DNA from: a virus | Taxonomy: Duplodnaviria > Caudoviricetes | Reading direction: 5' to 3' (one strand) | Virus record (IMG/VR): IMGVR_UViG_3300043449_000258 | Location: 1 to 33,926 of that record | Length of the DNA: 33,926 nucleotides | Notes under the pieces: generated by a model | Databases searched by the model: none | The model's input: only the letters and a program-made list of their open reading frames with translations | What the model was told of the DNA's origin: nothing | Part shown: in pieces, positions 23,596-32,592 of the stretch | How positions within the stretch are numbered: the stretch's first letter is position 1 | How the letters are laid out: every line of letters starts with the position of its first letter | Position numbers and translations under genes: made by a program

Positions 23596-23745
23596 ATGAA
23601 AGTTAATACAGAGTTCGTCAATCCTCCGATATACAGTCGTGATTTCGACTGGAGCGCCACGCACGACGGTTACGACGATGGCGATCCTATGGGTTGGGGT
23701 CGCACCGAGGAAGAATCAATATCGGATTTGGAAGCGCAGCAATGA
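23596..23745 (+). CDS. Small acidic hypothetical protein, 49 aa
   Basis: Read manually: MKVNTEFVNPPIYSRDFDWSATHDGYDDGDPMGWGRTEEESISDLEAQQ; AGGAG SD. Confidence 0.7.
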   Translation: MKVNTEFVNPPIYSRDFDWSATHDGYDDGDPMGWGRTEEESISDLEAQQ

Positions 23746-24326
23746 AAGAGTTTAGGTTAAAAGTTAGCGTCCGCAATAATCTGCTTTTGTCGGCAATCGA
23801 AGCACAAGGTTACGTTTCGGTTGCCGAATTCGAGCGGGCTTGCGGCTTGAGCTTGGGCAGGATTAACAACCTGGTGGCAATGCGAGAAGCGCCAATCTCA
23901 ACGTCCGGTGAATTCTCAAAGAATGCAAAACTGGTCATGGAGGTGCTAGGCGCGGCGCCTACAGACCTTTGGACAGAGCAGCAACTTACTATCAAGCTGA
24001 AAACCAATAGCGGTGAGCGAGACATTGATGCCGACATTGTGCAGCACCTGTTGGAGCAAAAGAGCAGAACCGATTACCTGCCATCGCCTGAAGATTCGCT
24101 ACTGGCGGCAGAGACATCGGCAATCGTACAGCAGGTTTTAGGGACTATCAGTCCACGCGAGAAAGACATTTTGCAGGAACGATTTGAAAAGGATTTAACC
24201 CTTGAAGAAGTTGGGAATCATCACGGAGTATCAAGAGAAAGAATCCGAAGTATCGAGGCAAAAGCATTGCGAAAATTACGCGACCCGACACGTTCGACAA
24301 TTTTGAAGGAGTTGTTTAATGAATAA
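23742..24326 (+). CDS. XRE-like HTH + sigma70 region 4 fusion protein, 194 aa
   Basis: Start at ATG 23742 (ATGA overlap). N-terminal [19 protein letters not shown]...[10 protein letters not shown]; C-terminal [13 protein letters not shown]...[31 protein letters not shown]. Confidence 0.8.
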   Translation: [194 protein letters not shown]

Positions 24327-24582
24327 TTTTATGAATGCGTTGCTGCCTCAATTCCACGTAGTGCGCGGAGCGAGGAAAATATCGTTTTGGGTTCCAGCAG
24401 AAGAAGTGTCGGAAACCGGGATGACGTATTTGCAGGAGGTCGAACATGACTTAAAGATATTTCAGCGGCGGCTGGACAAAGCAATTGCAACTGGTGTGTG
24501 CGGCCAGCGGCTGGAACTCATACGGCGGCAGCGGGATTACAAACGGAAAGTCTTTATCAAATTAAGAAAGGCTACGAAATGA
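24319..24582 (+). CDS. Hypothetical protein
   Basis: 87 aa, AAGGAG SD, overlaps both neighbours. Confidence 0.6.
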   Translation: MNNFMNALLPQFHVVRGARKISFWVPAEEVSETGMTYLQEVEHDLKIFQRRLDKAIATGVCGQRLELIRRQRDYKRKVFIKLRKATK

Positions 24583-24806
24583 GCGAGCAGACTAGACGGT
24601 GCGAATGGTGCGGCGAGATTGCGCAAGGCAAATGCGGATGCGCGGCAGAAACAGAGATAGCGCGGCTGCGTGAGGATGCTGAACGCTATCGGTGGCTGCG
24701 GGATGACAAACGCGGCAGGATGTTGTCTGTCTCTTCGTTAAATTGGACTGGCAACCCTGAATTGAGCGATGCCGCAATCGACGCGGCGAGAAAGGAAACT
24801 AAATGA
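24579..24806 (+). CDS. Ead/Ea22-like small protein, 75 aa
   Basis: LREDAERYRWLR...DAAIDAA motif; ATGA-coupled start. Confidence 0.65.
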   Translation: MSEQTRRCEWCGEIAQGKCGCAAETEIARLREDAERYRWLRDDKRGRMLSVSSLNWTGNPELSDAAIDAARKETK

Positions 24807-24976
24807 AATTCTGTTGGCACGATTGGGGGAAATGGTCTGCGCCGATTGATACGGCCCACAGCTACGAAAAAGTGCAGTCACGATACTGCGTGAAATGTAA
24901 CAAAGCGGAAGTAGCCAAAATAAAACAGCCGTGGAATATTTGGTTTTTGTCAGACAAGATAAAGGATACGAAATGA
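24803..24976 (+). CDS. Small zinc-binding hypothetical protein, 57 aa
   Basis: Read manually: MKFCWHDWGKW...RYCVKCNK...; ATGA overlaps at both ends. Confidence 0.65.
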   Translation: MKFCWHDWGKWSAPIDTAHSYEKVQSRYCVKCNKAEVAKIKQPWNIWFLSDKIKDTK

Positions 24977-25122
24977 AAATTGAATTAACTCAAGCGGTAA
25001 TTGATTGTCTCAAACGCGGCCTGAATTGCTGGCCTTTGCAGAACTTTGCAGATGGTGCGGAAATACGGGAGATATTGGAAAAAGCCGAGGAAGTGAAACT
25101 TAGGATTGGGGAGGATGTATGA
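24973..25122 (+). CDS. Hypothetical protein, 49 aa
   Basis: ATG 24973, AAGGA SD, ATGA-coupled. Confidence 0.55.
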   Translation: MKIELTQAVIDCLKRGLNCWPLQNFADGAEIREILEKAEEVKLRIGEDV

Positions 25123-25391
25123 ACGAGACAACGCACTACGAAGGATGCTGGGACAGCGGGCCGAAACATTACGAGTGCGCGTTGCTGGAGGTAAAAAAGT
25201 TGAGGGGCAAGGCTGATGCGCTTGAGAGTATTTTGCACAGTCTCGAACGGATTGAAGACAAACAAAATAAGCCGTGGGTTAGCCTGACGCATGATGAGGC
25301 AACTGAAATATGGGAGCGTGGCGCGCTATTTGACAGCTGGGAGTTAGTCATGCAGGTGCAACAGGCATTAAAGGATAAAAACGGTGGTTGA
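25119..25391 (+). CDS. Hypothetical protein
   Basis: 90 aa; THYEGCW...HYECA and PWVSLTHDE...LKDKN motifs; GGAGG SD. Confidence 0.65.
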   Translation: MNETTHYEGCWDSGPKHYECALLEVKKLRGKADALESILHSLERIEDKQNKPWVSLTHDEATEIWERGALFDSWELVMQVQQALKDKNGG

Positions 25392-25479
25392 CCTTCTCGT
25401 GGAGTTCTCGCCAGCAGTCGGTCTGCTCGCAGTCATCGGTGTCATGGCTTGGGCAGTGATTACGATTTTGAGGAGATAA
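25384..25479 (+). CDS. 31-aa single-TM membrane peptide
   Basis: GTG start, MVDLLVEFSPAVGLLAVIGVMAWAVITILRR; fills the intergenic gap. Confidence 0.45.
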   Translation: MVDLLVEFSPAVGLLAVIGVMAWAVITILRR

Positions 25480-25480
25480 A

Positions 25481-25675
25481 ATGAAATTCTTAGAATGGAT
25501 TAAACGAATGTATGAACCCGCGACTTGTGAAGAACTCATGGTGCGGGAACTGGATACAGCGCGGCGTGATTTGCTGCTGGCTGAGACAGCGCAGGATTAC
25601 GCTGAGAGTATGGTGCTGTATAACAACCAACGAATACAGAGACTGACAGAAGCACTCAAGGAGCGGTTGCAATGA
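25481..25675 (+). CDS. Hypothetical coiled-coil protein
   Basis: 64 aa, AGGAG SD. Confidence 0.65.
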   Translation: MKFLEWIKRMYEPATCEELMVRELDTARRDLLLAETAQDYAESMVLYNNQRIQRLTEALKERLQ

Positions 25676-25833
25676 CGTTAGCTAAGGAAGTGGCAGACGC
25701 AGCGGAGAAGTTAACTCAAAGACGGTGGTGTTCCAACTGCCAGGCACACAAAAATACAGCAGGTGGCGTGTACATTCCGATAAACAAGGGAAAACAGCGC
25801 CGGTGGAAATGCGAGGCTTGCAAATTACCCTAG
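25672..25833 (+). CDS. Small C4 zinc-finger protein, 53 aa
   Basis: Read manually: MTLAKEVADAAEKLTQRRWCSNCQAHKNTAGGVYIPINKGKQRRWKCEACKLP; AAGGAG SD. Confidence 0.65.
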   Translation: MTLAKEVADAAEKLTQRRWCSNCQAHKNTAGGVYIPINKGKQRRWKCEACKLP

Positions 25834-26340
25834 CATTCCCTCGGCAGTTTTTTTACCTTCTGCAACCCGATTAAGCCAACCCTTACCGAATGTAGGAAAA
25901 TTATTAAGGCTACGATAAAAACTTTCTTTAGCTGCTGAGAACACACGTATAAAATCTTCTGCATTTGCGGTCAGTAATGCCTGCGTAGTTATGGGGCCAA
26001 GCGCCCCGTCTGCGTTAATACCTAACGACTTTTGGGCTGTCTTAATTGCGCGGGATGCGCCAGCATTAACAGCAAAATCAAACAGCAGATAGTCACAACC
26101 AGCAGGCAGGACATCCCCGCAAACAACATCCCAGTAATTCTTTTTATACAACGGTGCCACAAGTTCTTTGGTGAGGCTACGCATGGTTGCTTCGTCAACT
26201 GGATGACCGACATATTCCTCCCACACCCTTTGAGTTACTCCGAGATTCGTCCTGCCACCTGGGTCTGATGGATGATTAACATACCCACCTTCGTGCTGCA
26301 ATACCAGCGCCAGCGAGCGTTCAAAGTTACTTTGCATCAT
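25825..26340 (-). CDS. Endolysin, glycoside hydrolase family 108 with C-terminal PG-binding domain
   Basis: HEGGYVNHPSDPGGRTNLGVT, FDFAVNAG, ADGALGPIT, FGKGWLNRV. Confidence 0.92.
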   Translation of the reverse strand: MMQSNFERSLALVLQHEGGYVNHPSDPGGRTNLGVTQRVWEEYVGHPVDEATMRSLTKELVAPLYKKNYWDVVCGDVLPAGCDYLLFDFAVNAGASRAIKTAQKSLGINADGALGPITTQALLTANAEDFIRVFSAAKESFYRSLNNFPTFGKGWLNRVAEGKKTAEGMLG

Positions 26341-26548
26341 CTTCCTTACTAAATTTTATACCTGCCAGCAGTCCGATAAAGCCACCAATGATTGTCTGAA
26401 ACGCTGGCCCAAGCAGCTTGAATATATCTTCGTTATTAACTTCTTTGTCAAATAATCCAAAGCACAGGGCAAACACCATACCGCCGATTACCACGCACAG
26501 CGTAAAACTTACCATCGTTGTAACCACAAACGTTAATTTGTCGTTCAT
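26327..26548 (-). CDS. Small two-TM membrane protein
   Basis: 73 aa with two hydrophobic segments, in the lysis cassette. Confidence 0.65.
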   Translation of the reverse strand: MNDKLTFVVTTMVSFTLCVVIGGMVFALCFGLFDKEVNNEDIFKLLGPAFQTIIGGFIGLLAGIKFSKEDDAK

Positions 26549-26988
26549 CTGTTGCCTTCTACGTTCTTTACCTTCTCAACAGTTCTTAACCCGCCAAGCC
26601 CAAGCATCCCAAGCAGCACTGGCATCATTTCAGACAACTCCAACCTTGGCGCTAGAGCTAATTGCTCTGCCATCGCAGTAGTGCCAAACGTAAACACAAG
26701 AAACTGAGCAAACGGCAGCAGGACGTAGCTGTAAGCAAACGCCGCAGCACAGCACCAGCCCACGGCAGGTCGCCAGCCACTCACAAAGATGTTGGCGTTT
26801 TTAGCTTCTTCAACGTTTGTTTGAATCTGGAGTTTCGCAAGATCAGTCTCGGCGGCGAGCTGGGCGAGATCACCTGTCATCTGCATTTCAAGGAGCTTGA
26901 GTTTGGCCTGTTCAGCCTGTGCAGGATCGGGGATAAACTTGTCGATCAGTTTGGAACCGATACCTAGAATTGCTGCAAGTGGAAACAT
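26545..26988 (-). CDS. Holin (3TM gene-transfer-agent type)
   Basis: KLIDKFIPDP...FVSGWRPAVGW...VLLGMLGLGGLRTVEK signature. Confidence 0.8.
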   Translation of the reverse strand: MFPLAAILGIGSKLIDKFIPDPAQAEQAKLKLLEMQMTGDLAQLAAETDLAKLQIQTNVEEAKNANIFVSGWRPAVGWCCAAAFAYSYVLLPFAQFLVFTFGTTAMAEQLALAPRLELSEMMPVLLGMLGLGGLRTVEKVKNVEGNR

Positions 26989-27143
26989 TATTTACCCGCC
27001 CTGTTATTCCAGAGTTCAAAGAGGGTTCGTACTTTTTCTTCGATAATAGCTACGCGCAAGTCGATTTTGGACAACACGATGATAAGCGTGATAAGGGCAA
27101 GCAGAATAGGCCAAGCCTTCACCAGCATATCAAACGTGTCCAT
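26988..27143 (-). CDS. 51-aa TM + coiled-coil membrane protein
   Basis: Read manually: MDTFDMLVKAWPILLALITLIIVLSKIDLRVAIIEEKVRTLFELWNNRAGK; TAATG-coupled at both ends. Confidence 0.7.
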   Translation of the reverse strand: MDTFDMLVKAWPILLALITLIIVLSKIDLRVAIIEEKVRTLFELWNNRAGK

Positions 27144-27364
27144 TATTTATCTACCTTGTCGTCTATCTTGATAAATATTTTGTCCAGCATTTCATAGACA
27201 CGCTTCAGGTCGTCTTTATAGTCGTTCTTAGATACGTAATCTATCGGCACCGCGTTCAGCTTATCTTCGATCTTATCAATCGAGCGAGTGATAGAATTTA
27301 TCATCCAGCCTGCAAAGAAAGCCGCACATCCAGCGATAATATTGATTAGCGATTGGGCTTCCAT
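27143..27364 (-). CDS. TM + coiled-coil membrane protein of the lysis region
   Basis: 73 aa; N-terminal TM, then YVSKNDYKDDL...LDKIFIKIDDKVDK. Confidence 0.7.
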   Translation of the reverse strand: MEAQSLINIIAGCAAFFAGWMINSITRSIDKIEDKLNAVPIDYVSKNDYKDDLKRVYEMLDKIFIKIDDKVDK

Positions 27365-27930
27365 TACTTTGCACCTTCAGGTTTATAAGGTAAAGAGACT
27401 GGATGTTTATAACAGGCTTTCGGGTCGCCCTGCCCTGCTTCAGTCAAAAACGCTGTGTTAGCAGGAACCTGACCAGAAGGACAGTGGCAGATAGCGATTC
27501 CATCAGCACCACGCTTGCAGTTCCAGCTAAAGCAGTTACTCGCTCTAGCACCCTGCTGGATGCTGGCCGGGCAAGCCTGGATAACGACATTCATATCCTT
27601 GGGCTTGTGGCTGAAATTACTTGCTTCCTGAGGATAGACCATCTTCGGCCAGAATGTTGACCATACGTGATTGCTGTCAGTAGGCGCACACGTTCCCTTC
27701 ATGTTACCCATAGCCGTGTCTGCGATGTTCTTGCCGGTCAGGATGGGGCAGCGGCAAACGACCTCTGGATACGCCACACCGTTGTTTCCGGTGATCGTCT
27801 TGCCAGTAGGCTTACAGGTAGATGCAGCGCACAGAGCAAACTCTCCGTTGCAAATGGTGAGTCCCTGCGCGAAGCTGGCTGTAGGGACAAGCATAACGAT
27901 TGTTAGTGCAATTTGCTTTAGCCAGTTCAT
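27364..27930 (-). CDS. Secreted cysteine-rich protein (signal peptide, 12 Cys)
   Basis: MNWLKQIALTIVMLVPTASFA|Q Sec-type signal; AGGA SD; TAATG-coupled to the lysis genes. Confidence 0.75.
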   Translation of the reverse strand: MNWLKQIALTIVMLVPTASFAQGLTICNGEFALCAASTCKPTGKTITGNNGVAYPEVVCRCPILTGKNIADTAMGNMKGTCAPTDSNHVWSTFWPKMVYPQEASNFSHKPKDMNVVIQACPASIQQGARASNCFSWNCKRGADGIAICHCPSGQVPANTAFLTEAGQGDPKACYKHPVSLPYKPEGAK

Positions 27931-27939
27931 TTCAATGTC

Positions 27940-29895
27940 CTATCTGTCGGGTAAGATCATTTCTCGTAGATTTTGGGCTGGAACATTAAACAGACCAGGT
28001 GATATGCGAGTAAGGCTGCTGCCAATTGTCCTTACTTTTTTCTGAATCTCGTCCCACTTTGAATTATCCGTCAATGCTTTTTTAATCAAATCTTTGTCTG
28101 TAGAAATTAGAATTCTAACAACTTCTTGTTTTTGCTCTGGTGTCAAATTTGGCTCATTTTTTCCCACCCATTTCCCTAAAATTCTTGCAGCACTAAAAGC
28201 ATTGCCGCTGAGAACAGATGAAATTTCTTCGCCGGAAATGTTAATACCTTGTTGCTTTGCTTCAGCTTGCATTGCAAAAGTGTCTGATCCTCCCATAACT
28301 TTTGCAGCAGCACGTTGCGACTGTGCGGCAGTCGAAGCCAGTTTCAATATGTTATCAACCTTGTCTTGAGGATAAATTATCCTAAAAATTGCACCCTCTT
28401 TTGTATTGGCATCTTCCAATTTGCTCATCATTGTAGTTCTGCCGCCAGATGCCATTTTTGAACGCAACTGATCCATTAAGCCAGCACGATATGCTGACAC
28501 TGCATCGGTGCCTTTTGCCATAACAGATTGAAATTCAATCTCAATTTCATCTGGACTTTTCCCAAATGCTTTTTTCCCAGAGTCAAACGATTCTGTTGTG
28601 GTTTTATTGCTGGCGGCAGTTATTCTTGCATCTTTAAGTTTCTGAGAAGATTTGTCGATCTCATCTCTTAATGCTTTTTCAAAAGGCTTTAGCTCTGTCC
28701 CAACATCACCTTGGCCAGATTTGAATTTGTTGTTAATTGTTGTTTGGATGCCTCGCCTAGCCGTTTCCATATCCTGAATGTTTGGCGCTCTCACAAATTG
28801 AATCTCACCAGCATCATCAATTTTGAAGAATGGTTTTTGACCAGTTTTTGCTAAATGTAGAGCGTTAATATTTTCAACAGAGTCAGGCGCTCTTTTCAAT
28901 GCCTCTTTAAGAGAGGACAGCATTGTTGGGGTAATAATTCCACCAGACTCGTAGGCTTGCTCATATAGTTGATTCCTTGCCTCTTTCCGTTCTACTTCGG
29001 ACGCTTTAAATCCACGCAAAACATTGGGGTCTTTAATATCACCAGTCAATGTTTGTTGAATGTCTGAAACTACGCGCTCACGCAAAGCCGCTGGCCTAGT
29101 TCCTAATGACTCTCTCAAAATGTTAGATGGTTGACCTCCTTGGGCATAAAGCAATCGCACCGCGCTAAGTAACGATTGGTTTTCTGACAGAGGCTCTCCG
29201 TTAGCAACTCGTTGCACAATCTCATCTGGTGTTAGCCGCGTGGCTTCAGTGATGCGCCTTATTTCTGTTTCAACTGACTTTGAAAATTTATCGCCAAACT
29301 TTCTTGTGGCAAAATCTATAACTGGGTCAGCTAAAGTACCAAGAGACCTTATGCCAAAATACGCTAACGGCGCTATTGCTGCGCCTGTTGCTGCACCGGC
29401 TACTGCTGGCAAAAGTCGATCAATAGTATCGCCCTCGGCTCGCCCAAAGCCACTGCCTGCACCCATAACAGCACCAACCCCTGCAAGCTGTGCGCCAGTC
29501 CTCAATAATGTTGCCCTGGCTGGTGGTGCGCCAATATACGCTAATGGCAATGAACCAACGATCTCTGCGGTAGTTGATGCAATTGGGTTTGATTCTTGGT
29601 AGTTCTTTAAGTTAATTCTTATATCACGCAAGGCTGCCTCTCTATCACCGCCGCCAAGCGTTTTTAGATAAGCCTCAATTTCATCTGCCGTGTTTAGAGT
29701 TAAACCTTGTGCCATTGATCGCAAAATTTGCGATGGTGGTTGAGGCTGATCTGTAGCCATCACCGACCTAGAGAATGTTCTAGCCAAATCCAATTGCTTA
29801 ACATGCTCATAAATTTGTGCATCAGTGAACATTCTCTCCCCATCAGGAGTTTTCATCGCCTTTGCTTGTGCAATTTGATCTTCACGCAATCCCAT
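27940..29895 (-). CDS. Large internal virion / DNA ejection protein
   Basis: 651 aa, helical, AQGLTLNTADEI and Ala/Gly-rich hydrophobic segment; last of three ejection-type genes. Confidence 0.65.
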   Translation of the reverse strand: MGLREDQIAQAKAMKTPDGERMFTDAQIYEHVKQLDLARTFSRSVMATDQPQPPSQILRSMAQGLTLNTADEIEAYLKTLGGGDREAALRDIRINLKNYQESNPIASTTAEIVGSLPLAYIGAPPARATLLRTGAQLAGVGAVMGAGSGFGRAEGDTIDRLLPAVAGAATGAAIAPLAYFGIRSLGTLADPVIDFATRKFGDKFSKSVETEIRRITEATRLTPDEIVQRVANGEPLSENQSLLSAVRLLYAQGGQPSNILRESLGTRPAALRERVVSDIQQTLTGDIKDPNVLRGFKASEVERKEARNQLYEQAYESGGIITPTMLSSLKEALKRAPDSVENINALHLAKTGQKPFFKIDDAGEIQFVRAPNIQDMETARRGIQTTINNKFKSGQGDVGTELKPFEKALRDEIDKSSQKLKDARITAASNKTTTESFDSGKKAFGKSPDEIEIEFQSVMAKGTDAVSAYRAGLMDQLRSKMASGGRTTMMSKLEDANTKEGAIFRIIYPQDKVDNILKLASTAAQSQRAAAKVMGGSDTFAMQAEAKQQGINISGEEISSVLSGNAFSAARILGKWVGKNEPNLTPEQKQEVVRILISTDKDLIKKALTDNSKWDEIQKKVRTIGSSLTRISPGLFNVPAQNLREMILPDR

Positions 29896-29904
29896 GATTT
29901 TTCC

Positions 29905-31251
29905 TTATTTGCTTGGAGGTGCAGTGATAACCGTATTTAAAGTAACACCAGGACTTGGTATTGGAGTCTGTATTTTTTGCCTGCCAGATGCAATTTCTGC
30001 AGCTACTAATATGTTTTGCAGTCTTTCTCTTTTTGCAACCACATTTTCAGGCTTGTCACCAATTTGGGGGAAGTATGACTTGCGGTATCCATCAAGTTGT
30101 TCTCTTGTATAAGCAGCACCAGTTCCAAGAGTTAGGGCAGCGTCCAAAATATCCAATTGTGCAGATTCTACAATTTGACGTTGTACCGGTGTAAGTCGCT
30201 GTGGAAGAATGTCGTTGCGGGTCAAAAATCTTGCAATTTCTGCACCTGTATTTGGCATTGCCGCAGTTGGGTCTATGCTAACTGCTTTATTAATTTGGCC
30301 AACGCTAAAGTTCAATCTTTGAGCCAAAACCCCGGATTTTCTTTCACTCTCATTTGGCATATTGATATTTGTTACTGGGCGGTTAGCAGCTGCAAGTTCT
30401 CTTGCTTTTGCAGCAACTTGGTCAATCCCAGCCTGACCAAAGTCTTTAAAGATTTTTGTTGGATTAGTTGTTTGAAACAAAAGATTAGACGCATTGGCCA
30501 TTTCGCCAGTAAAAGGCGTTGGCTTGTCCCCACCAGCCAAAATCTGCTTGTAAGCGCCGCCTGGTGTAGTCGGAACGCTAAAAATAACGTCACCTTCTTT
30601 GACCGTAACTGTTTCTGGCTTGAGTGATTTTTGTGATCTTATCAATTCTTCCAACTGCTTTCTGCCAGCTGACGTCCGCATCAACTCAGGTGCTACACGC
30701 GGAAGGTAAAAATAAGCCGGTTGCGCGGCTATCGTTACCGGCTGACCTTTATCATCGATCATCACAGTCGGTTGTTGTTCAGGCGTATACGCACCCTCCG
30801 CAATTTTTTGCGCTTTGAGGTCTTCTAGTCTTGCCAATTCCGCTGCTCTATAAACACGCTCTTGTTCTAAGCGGGCACGAGTTTGCTCTGCGCGGGCGAA
30901 TGCTTGCTGCTTGTATTTATCTGATTCTTGTAGCAGCCCAAACGCAAGCTGTGGAATACCAGCATTTTTGGCCATCTGCGCCGCCTGGTCGAATGTCTCA
31001 GGACGATTAGGATCAATCATGCCGAGGATTTGCTGGCTTACTGTGCGCCGTTGCAGCTCAGGGTCTGTCCCACCAAGCGCCCCACCTATCGCACCGGCCA
31101 AGCCATAAGCACCGCGCCCTATGGAGTAGTTGGCTTGCTGCATTGGGGTAAGTTGTGCAAACCGCAAAGCTCGCTCACCAGCTTGATCCTGCTGCTGTTG
31201 TTGATACATTTCCGGCGTTAAGCCGAACAGGGATTGGACAATTTCAGCCAT
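29905..31251 (-). CDS. Internal virion / DNA ejection protein
   Basis: 448 aa, Gln/Ala-rich N-terminus, LTLGTGAAYTREQL...YFPQIGD motif. Confidence 0.65.
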   Translation of the reverse strand: MAEIVQSLFGLTPEMYQQQQQDQAGERALRFAQLTPMQQANYSIGRGAYGLAGAIGGALGGTDPELQRRTVSQQILGMIDPNRPETFDQAAQMAKNAGIPQLAFGLLQESDKYKQQAFARAEQTRARLEQERVYRAAELARLEDLKAQKIAEGAYTPEQQPTVMIDDKGQPVTIAAQPAYFYLPRVAPELMRTSAGRKQLEELIRSQKSLKPETVTVKEGDVIFSVPTTPGGAYKQILAGGDKPTPFTGEMANASNLLFQTTNPTKIFKDFGQAGIDQVAAKARELAAANRPVTNINMPNESERKSGVLAQRLNFSVGQINKAVSIDPTAAMPNTGAEIARFLTRNDILPQRLTPVQRQIVESAQLDILDAALTLGTGAAYTREQLDGYRKSYFPQIGDKPENVVAKRERLQNILVAAEIASGRQKIQTPIPSPGVTLNTVITAPPSK

Positions 31252-31262
31252 GATCTGATCCT

Positions 31263-32297
31263 TTACGGTCGATACGGTGTGAAGTTTTGAGAACTTGGAT
31301 CGTATTGCGTTGATCGATCAAAAGATGGAGCAGGGTTCTGAGTTCCAAACAATTTACCAAGCCCAGATTGAAACTGAGGATTCTGACCGGCCTGCATCAA
31401 TAGTTGAGCATACGGATTATAAGCATTCGCGGCAGTTGTTTGAGCAGATGCCATGCCTCCTTGATATAACGCCTGTGCGCCTGCTGTACTTTGCCCTTTC
31501 GCGCCGATGTTGATGCCGATGTTCAATGGGTCTTGGCCTAAACTTTCAAGTTGCCGCATCTGCGTCAGATACGCCTCATATGGGCCGAGCGCAGCAGCTT
31601 GACCTCTGTAGCCTTCAGTCAGCAGGTTGCCACCAGTGCCGAACAGACCGGCACCGAACGCTGTTTGTTGCTGACCGGCTTGCATGGCTTGAGCAGCCAA
31701 TCCAGCGTCCTGCTGCGCCAAAGCGTTGTAGTATGCCTCCATCTCAGGACTAGCTGCGCCGAGGCCAGCACCGCCGCCTGGACGCATTCCTGTGGCTCCT
31801 ACAGCCAATCCACCCCTGCCGGTCTGGAACAATTGGTTTTGCAGTTGAGCAAACTGACGTTCACGGCTCGGAGCCAAAAGATTCTGCTGGCCAGCCATGT
31901 ATTTCTGCGCTGCTTGCTCTGGTGACTCAGCGAGGTATTGCTGGCCAAGCCCAAACAGCCCTTGAGCAGCCTGCCCCAGAGGTGCGAACTGCTGCTGTGC
32001 CATCTCCGCTTGCGACAAACCGCCACCAGCCAGCCCCATGAAGCGGTCTTGGTAGGCACGAAACGCAGGGTCTAGCGTGTAGCCTGCGCCACTGACTCGA
32101 CCATCTGCATCTGTCTGGAACTGCGACTGGCCGAAGCGTGTCGTGACTCCGACTGGTCGGAATCGAGCTTCTTCAGCCGCAAATTTTGCAGCGGCAGCTT
32201 GTGCGGCAGCTTGCTGTTGCGCTGCTTTATTTGCGGAACTGCTACCCATCAAACCGCCGAGTAAGGACGCACCCGCCGAAATCCACGATGCTGGCAT
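31263..32297 (-). CDS. DNA transfer / pilot-like ejection protein, 344 aa
   Basis: Start at ATG 32297 (GGAG SD); N-terminal AGASLLGGLMGSSSANKAAQQQAAAQ resembles P22 gp7-type proteins. Confidence 0.7.
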   Translation of the reverse strand: MPASWISAGASLLGGLMGSSSANKAAQQQAAAQAAAAKFAAEEARFRPVGVTTRFGQSQFQTDADGRVSGAGYTLDPAFRAYQDRFMGLAGGGLSQAEMAQQQFAPLGQAAQGLFGLGQQYLAESPEQAAQKYMAGQQNLLAPSRERQFAQLQNQLFQTGRGGLAVGATGMRPGGGAGLGAASPEMEAYYNALAQQDAGLAAQAMQAGQQQTAFGAGLFGTGGNLLTEGYRGQAAALGPYEAYLTQMRQLESLGQDPLNIGINIGAKGQSTAGAQALYQGGMASAQTTAANAYNPYAQLLMQAGQNPQFQSGLGKLFGTQNPAPSFDRSTQYDPSSQNFTPYRP

Positions 32298-32298
32298 A

Positions 32299-32592
32299 TT
32301 AAACTCCAATCAAAATTTGATCTACTTTAGACGGGTCTTTCTCGTCAGTAGAATGAATACAAAACCACACGCAATCCGTTAAAGCCTTAACGCCATGTGT
32401 CATTCCAGCCTTGATTTCAACGCAAGCTGGCGCTTCAATTACTTCCACCTCTTGACCCTTCATCACCGCAACCTTGCCATGAGCAAGAATAGACAAGTGA
32501 CTGAAGTCATGCGTGTGCTTCAAGATCGCCATGCCTGCGCTAAACCGCGACTCTTTTGCGTAAAGACCATCACTAAAGTGGTGAGTAATCAC
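32299..32592 (-). CDS. Cupin-fold protein
   Basis: HHFSDGLYAKE...HTHDFSHLSIL..G...HGVKALTDCVWFCIH; GTG 32592 is GTGA-coupled (alternative ATG 32607). Confidence 0.75.
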   Translation of the reverse strand: MITHHFSDGLYAKESRFSAGMAILKHTHDFSHLSILAHGKVAVMKGQEVEVIEAPACVEIKAGMTHGVKALTDCVWFCIHSTDEKDPSKVDQILIGV

